NCBI GenBank assembly: GCA_947503785.1
Contig: CANNFB010000013.1
Coordinates: 780 to 64,779 of the forward strand
Direction of reading: 5' to 3'
Source of the DNA: an uncultured Campylobacterales bacterium
Lineage (GTDB): Bacteria > Campylobacterota > Campylobacteria > Campylobacterales > Arcobacteraceae
Length of the DNA stretch: 64,000 bases
This document shows positions 58,551 to 64,000 of the stretch, one piece after another. Numbering within the stretch: the stretch's first letter is position 1; every line of letters starts with the position of its first letter. Under the pieces are notes generated by a model that was not told the DNA's origin, ran no database searches, and saw nothing but the letters and a program-made list of their open reading frames with translations. The position numbers and the translations under genes were made by a program.

Positions 58551-59489
58551 ATGGTTACATTTTCACAAATTCTATTAAAATTACAAGAGTTCTGGGCTAA
58601 TCAAGGATGTAATATTGTACAACCTTATGATATTCCAGCAGGTGCTGGTACTTTCCATCCTGCAACACTTTTAAGAAGTTTAGATTCTACTCCTTGGTCA
58701 ACAGCTTATGTTGCACCAAGTAGAAGACCAACTGATGGAAGATATGGAGAAAACCCAAATAGGTTAGGGGCTTATTATCAGTTCCAAACTTTAATCAAAC
58801 CAAGTCCAGATAACATCCAAGATTTATATTTACAATCTTTAGAATTTTTAGGTTTAGATTTATCTAGACATGATATTAGATTTGTAGAGGATAACTGGGA
58901 ATCTCCAACTCTTGGCGCTTGGGGTCTTGGATGGGAAGTTTGGCTTGATGGTATGGAAGTTACTCAATTTACATACTTTCAACAAGTAGGAGGACTTCCT
59001 TGTGATCCTGTTGCTGTTGAAATTACTTATGGAACTGAAAGACTTGCAATGTACTTACAAGGTGTTGACTCTGTATTTGATATTGTTTGGAATGAAAATG
59101 CACATGGAATTACTACTTATGCAGATGTTCATAAAGAAAGTGAATATGAATTCTCTAAATATAACTTTGAAATAGCAGATGTTGATATGTTATTTAGACA
59201 TTTTGATGAAGCTTTTAATGAGTGTAAAGTATGCTTAGAAAACGAACTTCCACTTCCTGCTTATGATCAATGTATGATAGCTTCACATGCTTTTAATACT
59301 TTAGATGCAAGAAAAGCAATTTCAGTAACTGAGAGACAAAACTATATCTTAAAGGTACGAGAATTATCTCAAGGTTGTGCAGTTTTATATAAAAGCCAAG
59401 AACCACAAAGATTAGCAAGAGTTAATACTAAATCTTCTTTGGAAGCTTTAGAAAAACTAAAAACAAATAATCCAGAATTATTTGCTTAG
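58551..59489 (+). CDS. glyQ: Glycine-tRNA ligase alpha subunit
   Basis: [42 protein letters not shown]. Confidence 0.99.
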   Translation: MVTFSQILLKLQEFWANQGCNIVQPYDIPAGAGTFHPATLLRSLDSTPWSTAYVAPSRRPTDGRYGENPNRLGAYYQFQTLIKPSPDNIQDLYLQSLEFLGLDLSRHDIRFVEDNWESPTLGAWGLGWEVWLDGMEVTQFTYFQQVGGLPCDPVAVEITYGTERLAMYLQGVDSVFDIVWNENAHGITTYADVHKESEYEFSKYNFEIADVDMLFRHFDEAFNECKVCLENELPLPAYDQCMIASHAFNTLDARKAISVTERQNYILKVRELSQGCAVLYKSQEPQRLARVNTKSSLEALEKLKTNNPELFA

Positions 59490-59497
59490 GGTTTAAT

Positions 59498-60253
59498 TTG
59501 AAAGTTTTTGATATATATACTTTTTTAGATGAATTATCACCTTTTGCTTTGCAAGAGAAATGGGACAATGCAGGTTTACTTGTAGGTTCTTTTGATGATG
59601 AAATAAAAAAAGTATATATAAGTATTGATTTAGATGAGGAATTACTTGACGAAGTGGAAGAAAACTCTTTACTTATTACTCATCATCCTTTAATTTTTAA
59701 AGGTTTAAAAAGAGTTAATTATGACTCTTATAGTACAAAGTTGTTACAAAAGTTAATTAAAAAAGATATATCTTTAATTTCAATGCATACAAATATAGAT
59801 AAAACACATTTAAATAAATATGTGGTTAGTGAAATTTTAGGTTTAAAACTTGAAAACACTGATGAATTTATATCTTATGCAAGTGTAAATATGAAGTTTA
59901 ATGATTTAGTAAAACATATATCAAAAAAATTAGATTTAAAAACTGCTAAAACAGTTAGATGTAATGACTTTATTAAAAATGTAGCTATAGTTACGGGTTC
60001 AGGGATGTCTTTAATTGATGAAGTAAAAGCTGATTGTTTCTTAACAGGTGATATTAAATATCACGATGCTATGGAAGCAAAAGCTAGAGGTATTTCATTA
60101 ATTGATATAAGACATTATGAGAGTGAAAGATACTTCAGCAGCTTGCTAGAAGGACTTCTTTCAGAATATTTGAAAAAAAATGAATTAACAGCTATAATAA
60201 CAGCTTCAAAAAATCCATTTGAGTTTTTTATAGAAGGAGAAACGATTGAATAA
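59498..60253 (+). CDS. Nif3-like dinuclear metal center protein
   Basis: WDNAGL, THHPLIF, MHTNID, TGSG, TGDIKYH, HYESE. Confidence 0.92.
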   Translation: MKVFDIYTFLDELSPFALQEKWDNAGLLVGSFDDEIKKVYISIDLDEELLDEVEENSLLITHHPLIFKGLKRVNYDSYSTKLLQKLIKKDISLISMHTNIDKTHLNKYVVSEILGLKLENTDEFISYASVNMKFNDLVKHISKKLDLKTAKTVRCNDFIKNVAIVTGSGMSLIDEVKADCFLTGDIKYHDAMEAKARGISLIDIRHYESERYFSSLLEGLLSEYLKKNELTAIITASKNPFEFFIEGETIE

Positions 60254-60974
60254 GTATTTACAGGATTTAATTAAATTATCAAAATTTGATACAGCAATTA
60301 GTATGTTCGAGCCAAAGATTGAAAATGAAAAGGCAAAACTAGCAACTTTTGTTGAAACAGCAGAAGAAATTAAAGCTTCAATTAACACTCTTTATTTAGA
60401 GGTTGATGACATTAAGTCAAAAAGAACTAAGAATAATATCCATTTATCAGAGTTAAAATCTAAGTTAGAATCTATCTCTAAAAAGAATGATAATATTCAC
60501 ACAGAAAAAGAATTAAAAGCTTTACAATTAGAAGAAGAAATTGCAAAAGAACAAATTTCTTTTACAAATGAAGAAATCATTAGATTAGACACATTATCTG
60601 AATCTAAAGAAGAAACTTTAAAAGATTTACAAGAAAAGTTAACTGAAGAAGAAGAGTCAATTAAAGACATTCAAGTTGCAGTTGATAATACTATTGAAGA
60701 AATCAATAAAGAAAGAAATGTTGTATATCAAGATAGAAGTGAATTATTAGAGAAATTTGATAATAAAATCTTAACATTTTATGAAAAAATCAAAAGATGG
60801 GCAAAAGATTCTGCTGTTGTTCCTGTAAAAAAACAAGCATGTTACGGTTGTTATATGAAAATAAATGACAAAACTTATGCTGAAGTTATTAAATCAGAAG
60901 AAATTATAAATTGTCCACATTGTGGAAGAATTTTATATAAAGAACCAGAAACTGAAGAGACTAAAGAGGCATAG
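60246..60974 (+). CDS. Coiled-coil C4 zinc-ribbon protein (CT398-like)
   Basis: Long coiled coil followed by CYGC..CPHCGRIL. Confidence 0.9.
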   Translation: MNKYLQDLIKLSKFDTAISMFEPKIENEKAKLATFVETAEEIKASINTLYLEVDDIKSKRTKNNIHLSELKSKLESISKKNDNIHTEKELKALQLEEEIAKEQISFTNEEIIRLDTLSESKEETLKDLQEKLTEEEESIKDIQVAVDNTIEEINKERNVVYQDRSELLEKFDNKILTFYEKIKRWAKDSAVVPVKKQACYGCYMKINDKTYAEVIKSEEIINCPHCGRILYKEPETEETKEA

Positions 60975-60975
60975 T

Positions 60976-62127
60976 TTGAGCCTTTTTAGTATATTTTATT
61001 ACATACTATTATTTGTAATATATATACTAGCTATTCCATATTTAATTTTTAAATCTAAGAATCCTAAATATAAACAAGCAATTCCCTCAAAATTTTTTTT
61101 AAGTAATAATTCTAGGTTTAAAGAAAATGGCATTTGGTTTCATTCATGTTCTATGGGTGAAACAAAAGCAATTAAACCTTTGATAGATTATTATAAAGAT
61201 GAGGCTAGAGTTTCTGTAATTACAAATACTGGATTTGAAGAAGCTTCAAAACTTACTTCAAATGTGCGTTATTTACCCTTTGAGATATTTTTGCCATTTT
61301 GGATAAATAAACAAAAGGTTTTAGTAGTCATGGAAGCTGAGTTATGGTTCATGCTATTTCTTTTTGCTAAAAGAAAAGGTGCAAAAACTTTTTTAATAAA
61401 TGCAAGAATTTCTGATAAATCATACAATTCTTATAAAAGATTTTCATTCTTTTATAAAAGAATTTTTAAGAATATTGATAAAGTTTTTGCACAAAGTGAT
61501 ATAGATAAAAAAAGATTGGAAGAATTAGGTGCTTCAAATGTAGAAGTACTAGGAAATATTAAATTAGCACAAGAACCAAAAGTAAATAATACATTTACAA
61601 AAGGTACTGATATTTTAATCACAGCAGCTAGTACACATGAAAATGAAGAAAAGCTAATACTTGATGCCTATGAGAGAAAACAAGGACGATTAGTGATAGT
61701 TCCACGTCATCCAGAGAGGTTTGATAGTGTTGATTTATTAATTAAAGAGTATATAAAAGATAAGTCTTTAACTTATCATAAATATTCGCAAGAAGAAAAC
61801 TTTAATTCTGATATAATTTTAGTAGATAAAATGGGTATTTTAAATGATATCTTTGCTATATCAGATGTAGTAGTTTTAGGTGGTGCATTTGAAAAAATTG
61901 GTGGACATAATCCAATTGAACCTGCATTTTTTAAATGTAAGTTAATTAGTGGTAAAAACATATTTAATCAAAAACCACTTTTTGAATGTATAAAAGACTT
62001 TTATTTAATTGATAATAATGAATTAAGTAAATATTTAAATAATATAGAGAATCTAAAAGAAGCAGTATTAACTAAAGCTGGTTCAATAGATCCCATAATA
62101 AAGGAAATAAATGCCTGTAAGAGATAA
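60976..62127 (+). CDS. waaA: Kdo transferase WaaA (KdtA)
   Basis: WFHSCSMGE, METELW-like MEAELW, ASTH..EE, VPRHPERF, GGHNPIEP. TTG 60976 just after the upstream stop is preferred. Confidence 0.93.
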   Translation: MSLFSIFYYILLFVIYILAIPYLIFKSKNPKYKQAIPSKFFLSNNSRFKENGIWFHSCSMGETKAIKPLIDYYKDEARVSVITNTGFEEASKLTSNVRYLPFEIFLPFWINKQKVLVVMEAELWFMLFLFAKRKGAKTFLINARISDKSYNSYKRFSFFYKRIFKNIDKVFAQSDIDKKRLEELGASNVEVLGNIKLAQEPKVNNTFTKGTDILITAASTHENEEKLILDAYERKQGRLVIVPRHPERFDSVDLLIKEYIKDKSLTYHKYSQEENFNSDIILVDKMGILNDIFAISDVVVLGGAFEKIGGHNPIEPAFFKCKLISGKNIFNQKPLFECIKDFYLIDNNELSKYLNNIENLKEAVLTKAGSIDPIIKEINACKR

Positions 62128-62863
62128 AGCATACAAACTATTAGCAATTCAAGAAGGAATTTCTAATTCTAAAGCAAAAGAGTTAATAGATAAAGGCTTA
62201 GTAAGAGTTGGTGGAAAAAAAGTAATGATCGCTCGTGGTGAAATTAAAGGTGATACATATTTTACTATAAAAGATATTGCTCCAATAAAAGTAATTTTTC
62301 AAGATAATGATATTTTAGTAGTAGATAAACCTGCATTTTTAACTGCTGATGAAGTTGCCAAGAAATATCCAGATGCAATTTTACTTAACAGACTTGATAA
62401 AGAAACAAGTGGTGTTATGATGTTTGCAAAAAATGAACTATTTCAAAATAGAGCAATCAAAGAATTTAAACAAAATAAAGTTTATAAAGAGTATGTTGCT
62501 ATTGTTGAAGGTAAAGTTATTGATGAAATTGTTATTGATAAACCAATTCTTACAACAAAAGATAGAGGAAGTGCTAAATCTAAGATCGATGCTAAAAAAG
62601 GTAAACCAGCAAAATCAACTGTTTATCCAATGTTAGTTGAGGGTAATAAATCTAAAATTAAGATTGTTATTGAATCTGGACGTACTCATCAAATTAGAGT
62701 TCATTTAAATTCAGTTGGCTTACCAATTATTGGTGACGGAATTTATGGTAGAACTGCTACAAATGTAACAAGAGTATTACTTCATTCAAAAGTTACTAAA
62801 ATATTTGATTATGTATTTGAAGCTAAAGAGCCTAGAGAATTTAAAGTTTACGAGTTTAATTAA
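62111..62863 (+). CDS. RluA-family RNA pseudouridine synthase with S4 domain
   Basis: DKPA, NRLDKETSG, GRTHQIRVH, IIGDGIYG. Confidence 0.93.
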   Translation: MPVRDKAYKLLAIQEGISNSKAKELIDKGLVRVGGKKVMIARGEIKGDTYFTIKDIAPIKVIFQDNDILVVDKPAFLTADEVAKKYPDAILLNRLDKETSGVMMFAKNELFQNRAIKEFKQNKVYKEYVAIVEGKVIDEIVIDKPILTTKDRGSAKSKIDAKKGKPAKSTVYPMLVEGNKSKIKIVIESGRTHQIRVHLNSVGLPIIGDGIYGRTATNVTRVLLHSKVTKIFDYVFEAKEPREFKVYEFN

Positions 62864-62891
62864 AATTTAAGTAAGTAAACTTTTTTAAAAA

Positions 62892-62924
62892 GAACCAAAA
62901 GACCTATTTAAAGGACTTTTGGTT
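62892..62924 (+). terminator. Hairpin after RluA gene
   Basis: AACCAAAAG-A-CCT-ATTTAA-AGG-A-CTTTTGGTT. Confidence 0.45.
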
Positions 62925-63036
62925 AAAGTCTATAAAATTACAAACTAAAACTAATCTTAAAAACTACATATTTAATCTATCTTGAAGTATAAAAAACGTA
63001 TAATCCACAAAATTTAAAAAATCTAGGAGTTGGGCT

Positions 63037-64000
63037 TTGTTTGATTCAATAACCGGTTCAATAAAAAATGCTGTTAATAAAATAAGACATAAAGATGATG
63101 TTGCTTCATTAAAAAAAGCTACATTAGAATTAAAAAAATCTTTATTAAAAGCTGATGTACATCATAAAACGACAAAAGATTTAGTTACAGCTATTGAGCT
63201 TGAAACTAAAAGAGTTGGTATCGGACAAGATTCATTTGTAAATGCATTAAAAAGTGAATTAGTTAAAACTTTAACAACTGAAGGAAACCAAGGTTTCGTT
63301 TATTCAAACACTCCTCCTACTACGATTTTAATGACAGGACTACAAGGTTCTGGTAAAACTACAACTACTGGTAAATTAGCTACTTACTTAAAGCAAAGAA
63401 AGAAAAAAGTTTTAGTTGCAGCTGGCGATTTACAAAGACTAGCAGCAGTTGAGCAATTAAAACAAATTGCTGCTCAAATTGAAGTTGACGTATATTTTGA
63501 TGATAATGAAACTAATCCAATTAAAATTGCACTTGGAGCAAAAGAAAAAGCTACAAAAGAGCATTACGATGTTTTATTAATTGATACTGCAGGACGACTG
63601 GCAATTGATGAAGAATTAATGACTCAATTGAAAGATGTAAGAGATGCTGTTAATCCAGATGAAATCTTTTATGTTGCAGATTCATTAACAGGTCATGATG
63701 CTACAAAAACAGCAACATCATTCAAGGAACAAATTGGAATTGATGGTGTAATTCTTTCTAAATATGATGGTGATACTAAAGGTGGAGTTGCTTTATCTAT
63801 TGCTTCTCAAGTTGGTGTTCCTTTAAGATTTATTGGTACTGGTGAAAAAATGCCAGACCTTGAAGTATTTATTCCTGATAGAATAGTTTCAAGATTATTA
63901 GGTCTAGGAGACATTGAAGGTTTAGCTGAAAAAACATCTGCTGTTATTGATGAAAAGAAAGCAAAAGAAGTAAGTAGAAAAATCAAAAAAGGTGAATTCA
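63037..64000 (+). CDS. ffh: Signal recognition particle protein Ffh (5' part, runs off the window; not in ORF track)
   Basis: AGGAG RBS, TTG start MFDSITGS; GLQGSGKTTT, DLQRLAAVEQL, DTAGRL, KYDGDTKGG, GTGEK. Confidence 0.97.
   Translation, partial: MFDSITGSIKNAVNKIRHKDDVASLKKATLELKKSLLKADVHHKTTKDLVTAIELETKRVGIGQDSFVNALKSELVKTLTTEGNQGFVYSNTPPTTILMTGLQGSGKTTTTGKLATYLKQRKKKVLVAAGDLQRLAAVEQLKQIAAQIEVDVYFDDNETNPIKIALGAKEKATKEHYDVLLIDTAGRLAIDEELMTQLKDVRDAVNPDEIFYVADSLTGHDATKTATSFKEQIGIDGVILSKYDGDTKGGVALSIASQVGVPLRFIGTGEKMPDLEVFIPDRIVSRLLGLGDIEGLAEKTSAVIDEKKAKEVSRKIKKGEF

Overview
This is an AT-rich chromosomal segment, most consistent with an Arcobacteraceae (Campylobacterota) genome; the taxon is inferred from gene order, protein sequences and the single soxCDXYZA..B cluster. 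About 70% is core housekeeping: cell wall/division (ftsI, ftsW, murG, uppP, PBP1A, mraY, murD), mqnA, moaDE, glnA, gpmI, four tRNAs, tuf-rpmG-tRNA-Trp-secE-nusG-rplKAJL-rpoBC, rpsL-rpsG-fusA, nadK-recN and the U32-purE-glyQ-Nif3-Zn ribbon-waaA-RluA-ffh block. There are two accessory zones. (1) A six-gene block between rpoC and rpsL holds YciI, GNAT, DUF2971, YwbE and two hypotheticals. (2) An extended thiosulfate-oxidation locus (39.9-55.1 kb) holds soxCDXYZA, an unknown periplasmic protein, a SoxL-like rhodanese, soxB, a cytochrome c-thioredoxin fusion, MOSC, DsrE, an alpha/beta hydrolase, a degenerate HD-GYP protein, a double-Cache/CZB chemoreceptor and a second SoxL-like rhodanese. I saw no CRISPR array, rRNA, transposase or prophage. 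The best candidate for an undescribed system is the Sox accessory module. Other notable items are an EF-Tu with Ala at the normally invariant Arg230 position, candidate operators at sox and glnA, a structured rpsL leader, and a structured element where tRNA-Thr(GGT) normally sits. All family calls come from motif recognition by eye; no searches were run.
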